From IMG/VR virus record IMGVR_UViG_3300046698_000540, positions 36,370-100,369 of that record: DNA of 64,000 bases. One strand, given 5' to 3'. Below the pieces are notes generated by a model that searched no databases, was not told the DNA's origin, and worked only from the letters and a program-made list of their open reading frames with translations. Position numbers and translations under genes: made by a program. Below are positions 53,648-63,623 of the stretch, piece by piece. This stretch comes from a virus. Position 1 is the first letter of the stretch; each line of letters opens with the position of its first letter.

Positions 53648-55098
53648 AGGGGCTGCATCTCCGGAGTCAATGAACTTGCAGGAAATAACCCTTTCTCCAC
53701 CCCCTGCCTATAAAGTTCCGGTAAGTGATCGCCTACGTCGTTCCTCCATGTGTTACCCAAAAGCCAGTAGTTCTCCAAGGGCTGATATGCGTAAGCCTGC
53801 GCCTCACGTGGAGTGGCGCCAAATCCCACCACCACAAACTGCCGTTCATTATATTGTGTGAGAAACACGTTGGCCTTAGGATCCCAGCCGGCCAGGACCT
53901 GGCGAACTTTTGCCTGGCTAGGAATTGCCTGTGGAAACTGAAACTCAATCTCGTGTGTGAGACCGCGAGAACAAATCTCGTAGGCGTTCTCCTTGCCGCC
54001 CACCAGCTCGTCCAAGAGTGGGTAGCCGTAGCTGAACACCGCCACACCCACACCATGGCAGAAACGAAAAGCGTCCTGAAATATCGTTGTATCCTCAGGG
54101 GGCCCGGCCAGCTTAAACAGAGCCTCACCGAAGTTGAAACTGTCCTTCATCATGGCGTGCATGACTTCACCTGTGGGGATACCAAACCGAGTGGTGAACT
54201 CCAGGAACGTGATGCTCCCGTCTTCGTAGTTCACCACGGTGTTGATGTCTATTAGGCCACAACACTTGCCGCGAAACAAGGGCTCCATCTGGCGGAAAAT
54301 TTTCCAGATGCGGCTGTTCTCTTCCGTCAAGCCATAGTGAAAAAACAAAGGCGTGCCCACTTCTCCCGTGAGCACCGATCCGCGGTCACCGTCCTGCGCC
54401 CCTTTGTGTTCAATGCACGAATACAGAGGCTCAACGAACTTGTGGCCGTTGAAAAATGCCCCCCAACAGACTTCCTGGCCAGGCGCGAATTCTTCGATCA
54501 GGGCGCCTCCCAATCCCGTCTCGATGTCCCACCAGGCGTTGGGCTTTTCGAGCATGGATGCCGCTTGTCCGCAATCGTGCACTACGATAGTGCGATTCCT
54601 CGCCGTAGCGGGGCTCGTACTGATCTGCTTGATGACGCAAGGCTTGGTGCGCTTCCTCAGATGCCTTTGCAACTCCTTGGCTTCTTGAAAAATGCGCGTC
54701 TCCGGGATCCGAATCTCGCTGACCTTCTGAAGTTCTGTCTTACCGAAGTGCCTGAAATCCTCCAAAGCATAAACACTGGAGGAATAACCGATCGTCCGCC
54801 GGCCTTCGGCTGTCAGAGCCTCGTAGCCGAACTGAAACCCTGGCGTGATGATGTACAGGTCGCAATCTGCAGCCATGAGCGATTCGAAACCGGGATGAGG
54901 ATGAAAGCGGGCATGCAGTGTTTCGACATCTCGAACTTTGGGATATAACAACCGCTCCTGGTGAGCTTCCACAGGATCCTTCGTAACGTGGTCATTGAAG
55001 GCAACACCGGGAACCCACAGGTGTACGTCATGCCCTTCGTCCATCAGCCGACCCTGAAGAGAAAGCATTCCGTCGTCGTCAACAATTCCGATCTTCAT
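53644..55098 (-). CDS. ATP-grasp amine ligase, divergent PurD-like
   Basis: LEDFRHFGK, LIEEFAPGQEV, EHK...GSVLTGEVGT, DIN, FLEFTTRFGIP, WRNDVG. Confidence 0.75.
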   Translation of the reverse strand: MKIGIVDDDGMLSLQGRLMDEGHDVHLWVPGVAFNDHVTKDPVEAHQERLLYPKVRDVETLHARFHPHPGFESLMAADCDLYIITPGFQFGYEALTAEGRRTIGYSSSVYALEDFRHFGKTELQKVSEIRIPETRIFQEAKELQRHLRKRTKPCVIKQISTSPATARNRTIVVHDCGQAASMLEKPNAWWDIETGLGGALIEEFAPGQEVCWGAFFNGHKFVEPLYSCIEHKGAQDGDRGSVLTGEVGTPLFFHYGLTEENSRIWKIFRQMEPLFRGKCCGLIDINTVVNYEDGSITFLEFTTRFGIPTGEVMHAMMKDSFNFGEALFKLAGPPEDTTIFQDAFRFCHGVGVAVFSYGYPLLDELVGGKENAYEICSRGLTHEIEFQFPQAIPSQAKVRQVLAGWDPKANVFLTQYNERQFVVVGFGATPREAQAYAYQPLENYWLLGNTWRNDVGDHLPELYRQGVEKGLFPASSLTPEMQPL

Positions 55099-55121
55099 AG
55101 CTTTGTGACCTGCTCTTTCTT

Positions 55122-55694
55122 TTACGACTTTTCTTGAATGACCGAGGAAAAGGACAGGGAATCCAGAGCTTTTCTGACCGCATCTTTGCAGTCTTCCAGC
55201 TCGCCAACTTCAGAACGCGTGTAGGCTTCCAAAAAGCCGCGCACATAACTGATATTGGTGGGCACCAGCTTTTCAGCCCTTCTCTTGACTTCCTGAGGCG
55301 AAATACAACTGGCTAAAACATTGCTCCGCGGATTTCTGTCGCCCGCCACCCATCGCTCCACATCCTGATAGAGACCGCACGTCCACTCGCGGCAAAATTC
55401 CGGTCGGGCGCCGTACACTCGACAGGAAACTATGCCGTCCACAGCTTCCAACGCTGGACAGTGCCCGGACTGCAAATCGAAATAGTACTCGGAGTCCTCG
55501 GGCCTCTCCACAAGATCTTCAAACCTGTACAACACCCCGATCTGCACCAAATCCGTCTTGCATGCCTTCTCCAGACGAGTGACGTCGGCCTTGGACAGGA
55601 TGGAAACTGGAAGAAAACAGCAGGCGCCGCATTGTTGGCACAATCCCCCATCGTGCAACCAGGTCAACAGTGCTTGTTTCATGTCTTGGCTCAT
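55122..55694 (-). CDS. YkgJ-family Cys-cluster protein
   Basis: Start MSQDMK via ATGA overlap; CQQCGACC..CPAL..CRVYGARPEFCREW. Confidence 0.8.
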   Translation of the reverse strand: MSQDMKQALLTWLHDGGLCQQCGACCFLPVSILSKADVTRLEKACKTDLVQIGVLYRFEDLVERPEDSEYYFDLQSGHCPALEAVDGIVSCRVYGARPEFCREWTCGLYQDVERWVAGDRNPRSNVLASCISPQEVKRRAEKLVPTNISYVRGFLEAYTRSEVGELEDCKDAVRKALDSLSFSSVIQEKS

Positions 55695-56329
55695 AAAAGT
55701 GTCACCGAAAATAATTCGTCTTCCAGGCAATTTTGAAGCTTCTGAATCAGATCCTGCAAATCTAAAACCAAGGAACTCTTGCTCCAATATATGGCCGGGC
55801 CCAACGCAGTTTCCTGGTCCGTGTTGAAGTTCAGCACGATCGCCGTGCCCCCAATCCTCCGGCATTGCCAGGCCAGCCACAATGGGTCCACAAACGTTAT
55901 CGCCTGTGGATCCACTTCCGCCTGTAGGCCAGAATGCGGAGTCGAAAGGTACGCCCGCTCTGAGAACGCTCTCCAAATGTACTGCAATTGGAGCAGCAGT
56001 TCCGGAAGCGTGAAATACATGAGCGTAGCCGACGTAAACAAAAAGGGCTTCGGCGGAAGTGGAAACGGAGGATCACGCAAATCCAACTGAAAGCACCGCG
56101 GATTGTTTTTCTGAGGATACAGGTCGTATCCGTATCCTACATACCCGTGCTTCTCCAGGTACTCAAGATACAGGGAGTGCCTGCTGCAACCCCATTCCAA
56201 AAATTCCTTTCCGAGCCGCTTCGGAAAAAGGATTGGCAAGCACTTGGCAATGTGCTTGTCCCACATGGGGGAAAGATCAGGATCAGCAGTCACATCTGAA
56301 ATAATACGTCGGCCTTTTTTATCTTCCAT
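55691..56329 (-). CDS. Putative class I SAM-dependent methyltransferase
   Basis: FLEWGCS (motif I-like), YGYDL, TSATLMYF. Confidence 0.55.
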   Translation of the reverse strand: MEDKKGRRIISDVTADPDLSPMWDKHIAKCLPILFPKRLGKEFLEWGCSRHSLYLEYLEKHGYVGYGYDLYPQKNNPRCFQLDLRDPPFPLPPKPFLFTSATLMYFTLPELLLQLQYIWRAFSERAYLSTPHSGLQAEVDPQAITFVDPLWLAWQCRRIGGTAIVLNFNTDQETALGPAIYWSKSSLVLDLQDLIQKLQNCLEDELFSVTLL

Positions 56330-56429
56330 GTCATCCGCGCATCCCCATCAAAGCATCTGATGAGTATCTTCGTAAAATCTCGATACACCAGGCAACCAAG
56401 TCTTTCACCTTTTGACCGGGAGGATTAGT

Positions 56430-56951
56430 CTAGCCCCTTAGGCCCATCAAAGCAAGCATCTCATCTTTGTCTAGAGACTGGTTGCGTGCCTCCAGGATCT
56501 TCGACGTGATTGTGCTCGTCCGGACCGCTCGAACACCCCGACAGCTCATGCAAGAGTGGCGAGCCTTGGCCACCACCATGACGCCGTGTGGCTCCAGCTC
56601 CTGGAAGAGGTACTCCGCAACCTGCGTGACCAGATGCTCCTGAAGCTGCGGCCGGCCGGCAAAGTAATGAACCACTCGGGGGATCTTGGATAGGCCCGCC
56701 AGCCATTCCTTCGGATGGTAGCCCACATGCATCACACCTTCAAACGGAAGATGATGATGTTCGCATAAACTGGCGAACTCGATATCTGTCTCCACCACGT
56801 ACTGATCGTATTCCTTGCGGCGAAATTTCGCGACGGGCGGAGGCCCGCCGTTGAAAGAACAGAACTCGTTGGCAAACATCTTGGACACGCGCATAGGCGT
56901 GTCTTTCGTCTCCTCATTGATTGGAAGACCCAACGCCTTCATGAACGCCAA
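56430..56951 (-). CDS. folE: GTP cyclohydrolase I (start uncertain)
   Basis: DTPMRV, SLCEHHHLPF, GLSKIPR, QLQEHL, HSCMSCRGV. Confidence 0.95.
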   Translation of the reverse strand: MAFMKALGLPINEETKDTPMRVSKMFANEFCSFNGGPPPVAKFRRKEYDQYVVETDIEFASLCEHHHLPFEGVMHVGYHPKEWLAGLSKIPRVVHYFAGRPQLQEHLVTQVAEYLFQELEPHGVMVVAKARHSCMSCRGVRAVRTSTITSKILEARNQSLDKDEMLALMGLRG

Positions 56952-57087
56952 GTAGTGTTTAGCCGCGACCTGAATCGAGTCTAAAATTTCAACCTCTCGC
57001 CTTTTATTTTACATCGTCATTGCGCCAACCCGGACATGACAGCTTTCATTCGCCTGCACATCTGGAGTCCCGCGCTCTCGCCATCGC

Positions 57088-60000
57088 TCATTGAATCACC
57101 GATATCAGAGCCTTCCCCTTAGCGCAGAATGGCACAGCCCCAATCGTTTCGCCATCGTGCCCGGCACACCAAAGAGCCGGATTCGTCGGCGTATACCCCA
57201 CGAACACCCAGTTGTGCAGCGCGTCGATGATGCTGCACGCGACGCAGCCAATGGCGCCATCGGCGATTGTGGTCTGCGCCGCGACTCCCTGGCGTAGCTG
57301 GTAGAGAGATGTGGGCTCCCAGTACGTGCGCCAGTTCTCGCCTCGGGTACTACTCGGAACCCATCCACCTAGATGAAAATAGAACCTTGCCGACCCTGGC
57401 TCGGTCGTGGTGTCCGACGACGAATGTGCCAGGATGCAGCGGTAGTTCACGTACAAGCCACCGTAGAACCAGGAGATCGGGTTGACTACCGTATCCCCGA
57501 CATTGTACGTCCCGTGGCTCGAACTCCACGCCGGGTAAGAGCGATGTCCCAGGTAGTAGTAATCGAAGAGCATGAGGTTCCGGTTGGAGTCTACGAAGCG
57601 TGCATTCTGGCTGAGATCGTGCGCCCCAACAGTCGTCCCCCCCGTATCCGGCCCGGTGCTGAATTTGGCACAATACTGATTCGCCTGATTCTGGTACGCA
57701 TAATTGCAGCTTGTCACCAAGTTCCAGCCGTCGTTATAGTCCAAGTTCGCTGGCGATCCCACATCAGTCACCGCTCCGGCCCCCATGGAATCTAGAAACT
57801 TGACGCCGAGCGACGATCCCCCCATGTCACCGCCCGGATTGTACCCTGCCGGAACCGATGCTAGACCCCAGATAAGATTCGAGCGAAAAGACGCTAGTTG
57901 ACCCGCACTCGCCTCGTTTGTCTCAGTGTCAACGGCTCCGTCTGTGCTTCCAGAAGTGCCAATGCTATTGTGATCCACGGTCCAAGTTCCATCATTGGTT
58001 CCTCCATACAGAAAGGTCACTATCGGAGCCGATGCAAACCCACTGGCACTCACTACCGTAATTGAATGAGTAAGGGAGCGGCTGGTCTGAACTCCGTTAG
58101 CCATGATCCAGTTTGCATCTCCGTAACCAGTGTCGCCGCCCACGTCCAAGGCCATCCCGTCATAGGTGGTGCTGGGAAATGCACCAAACCCGTGCATATT
58201 GTTGCAATCTCCGTCCACGTAGTAGTAGAGATTGCTGATGCTCCCCATGGTGCCGGGTTCCTGCGCATCACAACTTGGGAAGCGATAAAAGTTCCGCGTG
58301 AAACTGGCCCATGGGTCCGCGTATCCGCCATTGATGTGATAGCCGCTCCCCATGTAGTTCCCCGTGATGGCGATGCCGGAGGCTCCCTGGTTGTTCTGAA
58401 AGGACGATGCGAACACATTTCCCACAGCCTCTCGCACTCCGGTAGTCACGGCGCTGGTCCCGTTGATGGAGATGTCCGCGGATCCGGTCGGCGCGCTGTG
58501 GACGTTGTAATCGTGCCGCACCGTGCTCGTGGGAGATGGATTGACGTAAATCTCAGAGGTGTTCGTGAAGGTCGAATGCTGAACGTCGTAACTCCCAAGC
58601 GCGCCGGATGTGCCCACCGTGATAGAGCCAAACAGCGCGTCCCCCAGATTGGAGAAATCGGTATACGTCGCGATGACGCTGCAACAGTAATAGTTTGCCG
58701 AGATCGCGTTGAAAAAGCCGTTTCCTCCGCCCGCCTGGGACGTAACGGTAAAGTGTTGGCTCGGCGTCCCCTCCGCGTGGAACGCCCGAAATCCGTTGTA
58801 CCCCTTCGCGCTGAAAGAATAGCGGGTGTCTGTTGGATCGGCAGCCCCCGAGGAATCGAACTTGAGCGTCCCGCCGGGATCGCCGATGATGCTGTCCAAC
58901 ACATAGGACGGGTCGTTGCTGTACTGGATGCTTCCGCGCGCGGTCACCGTCGATGAAATATGGAGCAAGCCGGTGATCTTAAGGTCCAGGGCAGGGGTGC
59001 CTCCCCCGCCAACGAACTGCACCGTCCCCGATCCGCTTCCACCGCCCGACCCGGTGAATGAAACAGTGGGAAGGGCGGCATCCACGTAAGCGCCCGTGCT
59101 GGTCAGCGTGAAAGTGGCCACGTTCCCTCCCGAGATTGTGCAATCCCCATGCGGCCCGTATCCTCCATACTGATTGCCTCCGGCGAACGTGGCCGTGCAG
59201 TTTCCACTGAATCCGCCAGCCGGCAGCCCGGTGACGCCGTAGACATAGCCGAACGTGGGCAGCCCGTAGTTCCCGACGATCCAAGGTTGATCGGCAGTCA
59301 GAGTGAACCCGTCTGGGATGGCGATGTAATCGGAGGACGGCACGTAGCCGTTAGCCGTGCATCCGCTGCCGGACCAGTTGGAGTGGGTGGTATCGGCGGC
59401 AATCGCGGAGAGGGAGCAGGTGCCGCTGTGGCACGCCGCCCCCACGCCTCCGTCCACGAGCGTGCAGGTCGGTGTGGAAGGGGGTGGCGCACTGACGGTG
59501 ATCATCATTGGCGCAGGGTCATTTGCGCCGAAATTGTTTGTCAGCGAGATGCTTTTCGCCCCCGTAGAACCACCCGTGAACGTGTATGTGAAACTCGTAC
59601 CCGCCGCGGGCGTCACCGTCAGAGGATTGCCCGACGTGCCGCTGGTGAAAGTGTCCCCCGCCCCACCATCCGATAGCGTGACCGTGTTTGTTGAGCCGTC
59701 GAACGCTACCGAGTTGTCCACTTCACAACTCGCAGATGGAGTCGCCGTATAAGAACTGCTTGGGCAACTCGCGTTCCAGCTCAGTGTGCTCAATGCTGGC
59801 ACTTGGAGCGAGATCGCTGACATCGCCACGAAAGTGTACCCCGTCGTGTACGTGTCCACAATGGAGCTTGCAGGCGTGGTGCTGTACGAGTCCCCAATCC
59901 ACAGATTGCCCGCCCCGTTACAGCTAATCAGCGTCTGGGAATCGGTGCAGGGATTGTGCGGCATGTAGATGCATGCGAATGTCCTGTCACTTGCCGTACT

Positions 60001-60456
60001 TGGAATCGTCAGGCTGGGGTTTGTGGCTGCCCCTGTGATCGGTGTGGGCCAATCCGAACGATAGGGGGAGATCTGATTCACGCCGCTGAAACTTGTGATC
60101 TGCCCGTATATTTCGTGGTTTGAGCTGTTTGTCACGACCAAATTCTGTGGACCCGTGGGAGGATTTGGCAAAAGATAAATCCCGGAAAACGATCCCTCGC
60201 CACCGTCAAGTGCCCCACCAGCGGCAAGAACCATCGGCTGTCCACCGTATGTCGCCGTGATGCCGCTTGCTCCTACAGTTGTTAAAGCCCCAACACATGC
60301 GACCGCGACCACGTTGGAGTGGCCCGTCGAAATGGTCTGCGAGAGAGTCAAAGTGCCGCTCTGGACATTGCCGAACGAGTTGGACACGTCAAGTGGCGTG
60401 ACCTGCCCCCACGCCGAAGCGCAGGACAGCAGAAGGAAAGGAATCAAACGCGTCAT
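57088..60456 (-). CDS. Large secreted beta-rich surface protein
   Basis: Signal peptide MTRLIPFLLLSCASAWG; Gly/Ser/Thr/Asn-rich; small carbohydrate-binding-like module (W....YNVGDTV...YRCILAHSS) near the end. Confidence 0.65.
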   Translation of the reverse strand: MTRLIPFLLLSCASAWGQVTPLDVSNSFGNVQSGTLTLSQTISTGHSNVVAVACVGALTTVGASGITATYGGQPMVLAAGGALDGGEGSFSGIYLLPNPPTGPQNLVVTNSSNHEIYGQITSFSGVNQISPYRSDWPTPITGAATNPSLTIPSTASDRTFACIYMPHNPCTDSQTLISCNGAGNLWIGDSYSTTPASSIVDTYTTGYTFVAMSAISLQVPALSTLSWNASCPSSSYTATPSASCEVDNSVAFDGSTNTVTLSDGGAGDTFTSGTSGNPLTVTPAAGTSFTYTFTGGSTGAKSISLTNNFGANDPAPMMITVSAPPPSTPTCTLVDGGVGAACHSGTCSLSAIAADTTHSNWSGSGCTANGYVPSSDYIAIPDGFTLTADQPWIVGNYGLPTFGYVYGVTGLPAGGFSGNCTATFAGGNQYGGYGPHGDCTISGGNVATFTLTSTGAYVDAALPTVSFTGSGGGSGSGTVQFVGGGGTPALDLKITGLLHISSTVTARGSIQYSNDPSYVLDSIIGDPGGTLKFDSSGAADPTDTRYSFSAKGYNGFRAFHAEGTPSQHFTVTSQAGGGNGFFNAISANYYCCSVIATYTDFSNLGDALFGSITVGTSGALGSYDVQHSTFTNTSEIYVNPSPTSTVRHDYNVHSAPTGSADISINGTSAVTTGVREAVGNVFASSFQNNQGASGIAITGNYMGSGYHINGGYADPWASFTRNFYRFPSCDAQEPGTMGSISNLYYYVDGDCNNMHGFGAFPSTTYDGMALDVGGDTGYGDANWIMANGVQTSRSLTHSITVVSASGFASAPIVTFLYGGTNDGTWTVDHNSIGTSGSTDGAVDTETNEASAGQLASFRSNLIWGLASVPAGYNPGGDMGGSSLGVKFLDSMGAGAVTDVGSPANLDYNDGWNLVTSCNYAYQNQANQYCAKFSTGPDTGGTTVGAHDLSQNARFVDSNRNLMLFDYYYLGHRSYPAWSSSHGTYNVGDTVVNPISWFYGGLYVNYRCILAHSSSDTTTEPGSARFYFHLGGWVPSSTRGENWRTYWEPTSLYQLRQGVAAQTTIADGAIGCVACSIIDALHNWVFVGYTPTNPALWCAGHDGETIGAVPFCAKGKALISVIQ

Positions 60457-63400
60457 ATCTGCCCCTGTACGTAGAAGCTTACTGCCGACAACTGAAAATC
60501 ATCCCCAGGCGTCATCCCCGTCGTGTCCACACGGAGCTTGATCGTCGCGCGATTGGCGGCCGCACAGGCTGGCAGAGTCTGCGTCCCAGCGCCCGGCGTG
60601 ATGGTTCCGCTGGTCACGGTCTGGTACCCGGAGGCATTGTTGGTGATCGCTAAAGGGGCCGTCAATTCCGTGTATGAGGGCGAGTCGGGCCGCGCCGTGG
60701 TTCCGCTGCACGCAAGGCTAATGTAGACATTCGCTGCGTGCGTCGAGTCACAGTTTGCGGGATCGCACATCGAGAAGATCGTGTATGATATTACACCGTT
60801 CGCGGGATATGCGGGCGGCATTCGCCACGAACCATACCAGTAGTAGGTTGACTGAGCCGCCGGGAAGTCGAGGACGGCCAAATCACCGCTGGCATTGAGC
60901 TTCGCGGCCGGCGCACTGGTGGCAGGGATATTGCCCGCAAACACCGGAACGCCGCCGTAATCGACGCCTTGGAACACGTAGTTCCAGGTGCGTAGAGTTG
61001 GCATGGCGCTGCGCACCGCTTTTTCACTTGGGATGCTGGTGTCGGCCCCTTGAGAGCCTATAGTGGTCACAAGAGTAAGAGGAGTTCCGAAACCACCCGA
61101 TCCATTGCTCGTGAGAGGCTGGCCGTTGGTGCCGTTGGTGCTACTCGTGCCATTCCCAGTCGCCAGACTCGCCGGGACATACTGAGACCCGGACGCATTC
61201 CAAACCAGAGCTTGGCCGTCGGCCGGAGCGGTGGAAGCCACGGCGCGCCCCTGGATTCCAGCCACCGTGGTTGCGCCGCTTCCGGCGGCCTTGGTGACGT
61301 CTCCCGTTAAGGCCGGGGTATTTGCGGCTGGGACATGCGCCGAGGAGTCGAGCGGCGCATACCCGTTCGCCTGCCCCTTGTTTGCGACGTTCTCGGCCGT
61401 ATACCCCAGCGAGCCGGAGCCCGCCGGCAGCCAGCCGGAGGCGAGCTTGCCGTCGGCTCCGGCTTTCGGGATGGCGTTCGCCGCCGGCGTGGCGGTCGCG
61501 ATCTCGTCGCTGCCGCCGTTCTGGTGAGACGCGGCGTGCGGAGACGGGGTGAACGCGGAAGGTTTGCCGGTCAGCGCGGCCCAAGTGACAGCGGCTAGCG
61601 CCCGTGCGTTTGTATAGTAAAGGTTCCCGCCTTCGGTAACCTGATCGGTGGTGTAGTCCCCGACCCGTGGCACAACCGCTCCCTGCCGTCCAAAAACGGA
61701 CAGCACCGATCCCGAAGCCGTACTAGGCAATGGCGTCATGAGGCGAAACTGCGTCCCGTCGTACCAGGTGTCGTAAAGCTCCCCCCCCACGATATCCGTC
61801 GCAGCGGGGTCGCTGACTCCATCGCGTAACCTGAGGGGCACAGCTCCCAGTGTGTCTATATTCAGGGTCGTCGGGCCCCCTGTCCCGTTCACGTCGGGTT
61901 TCCAATGCAGCGTCATACCGGCTAAGTACGCCCCTAGCGTAGGAGTGAGGGAACATTGGTAAGTAACGGGAGATCCGGTGGCTGAAGCGCACAACAACGC
62001 ACGGCCGGTTTGTTCTCCCGGCTGGGTCTCGACGACTGATGTGTCCAGGGCCCAGAGGATATCGATCTCCGAGCCCGTATCCGACATCAACGACAGCAGT
62101 CCAGGCCCCGTCGTGAAGTTCGCCTTTGACCTCGATCCGACCACCGTGCCGTCGCTTGCGACGGTGAGGTTGGCGCCCTGCGCGGACCAGGTATTTGCCG
62201 CCGTGCAGCCGTAGACGTTGTTCCCAGCCGGCGCGTCGGTCGCGAAGTACGCTTCTCCCACCTGGCAGGTAGCCGGCAGGGCGGCGGTCAGTCCCGATTT
62301 CATGGGCAATGTATGCGCCGCCCCGCTCATGTCCTCGGTGCCGGCGGTCACGGTGTTGTTCCCATCGGTCCGCATGGCCGTCGCCGGAAGCTGCGATGGC
62401 GCCAGCGTCCCGGAAATCTGGGAGAAGGCGTAGTCCCCGTTTTGCGCCGCGACCGCGCCACTTCGCCCGTAGATCGAAGTCACCGGAGACGCGGGCAGAG
62501 TCTTCGGCTCCCACTGCCTCGCAACATTGTTCCACCCCAGGTACTGCTGGTCGGCCGGCTGCGCTGTCGATACCTGCCGGCCCTGGAGTTTCACCACGCT
62601 CAAATGCGGGAAAGTCCCGTAGAGGTCTGTATCCGCCTGCGTCGAGGTGGTCACACAAGTCGGGCAGTCCAGTGCGCCCGCAAGAAAGGTCACCACGCCA
62701 GGGAAACTGAAGGCCCCCTGCGCCCGGGTGTTCGTGAAGTACAGGTTGCCGCTCTCGATTACCTGAGCGGTCGTATAATCTCCGGCATGGGCCGCGACCA
62801 AGCCCGTCCGGCCGAACACGCTCGCGACGGATCCGCTGGGAGGGTTCCCGCTCTGGCTTTGCATCTGCATCGCGAGTCCTCCGTACGTCACCATCACCCA
62901 CTGGCCGACCTTGATATCGCCTGGGTCCAACTGCTGGCTGCCTTGTTTTAAGACCTGTTTCGCGCCCAGTCCGTTGAAGTTGATGGTCACCGAGCCGGTA
63001 TTGGCGGTGTTGGCCTGGAACCAGTAAGTGGTTCCCTGCGTATAAGCGCTAATTGGCGGTGCCAGGTTGCAGGCATAGGCGTTGATCGCTCCCGTGTCCT
63101 GACATGAGAAAACGGCGCTCAATTGGTCGGCGTTGGCCGGCGACGCCGTTCCCATTCCGCTGCGATAAGGAACGCCGTTGGCCCCGGAATCGGCTAATGC
63201 CCCCACGGCGGCCGCTGTCGGCTGCGAAGTATGGGCGACGCCCGCGGGGGAGATATAATCCACCCATTGATTGAGCGTCGGTCCGGAGGAAGTCTTCACT
63301 GCCGCAAAGACGTCGCCGTTCGCGTCGCTGCACTTGAGCGTGCCGGCGGTGGAATCGTACGAGCAGTTCTGGCTGGAAATGCCCCCCTGCAGGGACCATG

Positions 63401-63623
63401 TATTGGCCGCCGTGCAGGCATACAGGTTAGCCCCCGCCGGAGCGTCAGTCTTGAAAAACATCTCTCCCACCGTGCACGAACCCGGCAGCGCCGTGCCGGT
63501 CTTGACGGGCTTCGTGGCGGTAGCCGCCGTGAAATCCACGCTTTTCGCCTGCGTCCGAAGATCCACCTGGGTTTGCGCCGCGGCAGTGAGCACCACAAAA
63601 GCCGCCAACAACATTCTGAACAT
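60453..63623 (-). CDS. Secreted repeat protein with tail-fibre-like modules
   Basis: Start MFRMLLAAFVVLTAAAQ after GGAGG; repeats LP..C.VGE.FF.TDAPAG.N.Y.CTAANTWS x2 and V.SVFGR.G.V....GDY x3. Confidence 0.7.
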   Translation of the reverse strand: MFRMLLAAFVVLTAAAQTQVDLRTQAKSVDFTAATATKPVKTGTALPGSCTVGEMFFKTDAPAGANLYACTAANTWSLQGGISSQNCSYDSTAGTLKCSDANGDVFAAVKTSSGPTLNQWVDYISPAGVAHTSQPTAAAVGALADSGANGVPYRSGMGTASPANADQLSAVFSCQDTGAINAYACNLAPPISAYTQGTTYWFQANTANTGSVTINFNGLGAKQVLKQGSQQLDPGDIKVGQWVMVTYGGLAMQMQSQSGNPPSGSVASVFGRTGLVAAHAGDYTTAQVIESGNLYFTNTRAQGAFSFPGVVTFLAGALDCPTCVTTSTQADTDLYGTFPHLSVVKLQGRQVSTAQPADQQYLGWNNVARQWEPKTLPASPVTSIYGRSGAVAAQNGDYAFSQISGTLAPSQLPATAMRTDGNNTVTAGTEDMSGAAHTLPMKSGLTAALPATCQVGEAYFATDAPAGNNVYGCTAANTWSAQGANLTVASDGTVVGSRSKANFTTGPGLLSLMSDTGSEIDILWALDTSVVETQPGEQTGRALLCASATGSPVTYQCSLTPTLGAYLAGMTLHWKPDVNGTGGPTTLNIDTLGAVPLRLRDGVSDPAATDIVGGELYDTWYDGTQFRLMTPLPSTASGSVLSVFGRQGAVVPRVGDYTTDQVTEGGNLYYTNARALAAVTWAALTGKPSAFTPSPHAASHQNGGSDEIATATPAANAIPKAGADGKLASGWLPAGSGSLGYTAENVANKGQANGYAPLDSSAHVPAANTPALTGDVTKAAGSGATTVAGIQGRAVASTAPADGQALVWNASGSQYVPASLATGNGTSSTNGTNGQPLTSNGSGGFGTPLTLVTTIGSQGADTSIPSEKAVRSAMPTLRTWNYVFQGVDYGGVPVFAGNIPATSAPAAKLNASGDLAVLDFPAAQSTYYWYGSWRMPPAYPANGVISYTIFSMCDPANCDSTHAANVYISLACSGTTARPDSPSYTELTAPLAITNNASGYQTVTSGTITPGAGTQTLPACAAANRATIKLRVDTTGMTPGDDFQLSAVSFYVQGQI

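Noticed and set aside
53644-55098. Calling the ATP-grasp gene purD for purine synthesis
   Set aside because: Lacks the PurD N-terminal GSGGREH motif, no other pur genes nearby, and it sits in a base-modification cluster.
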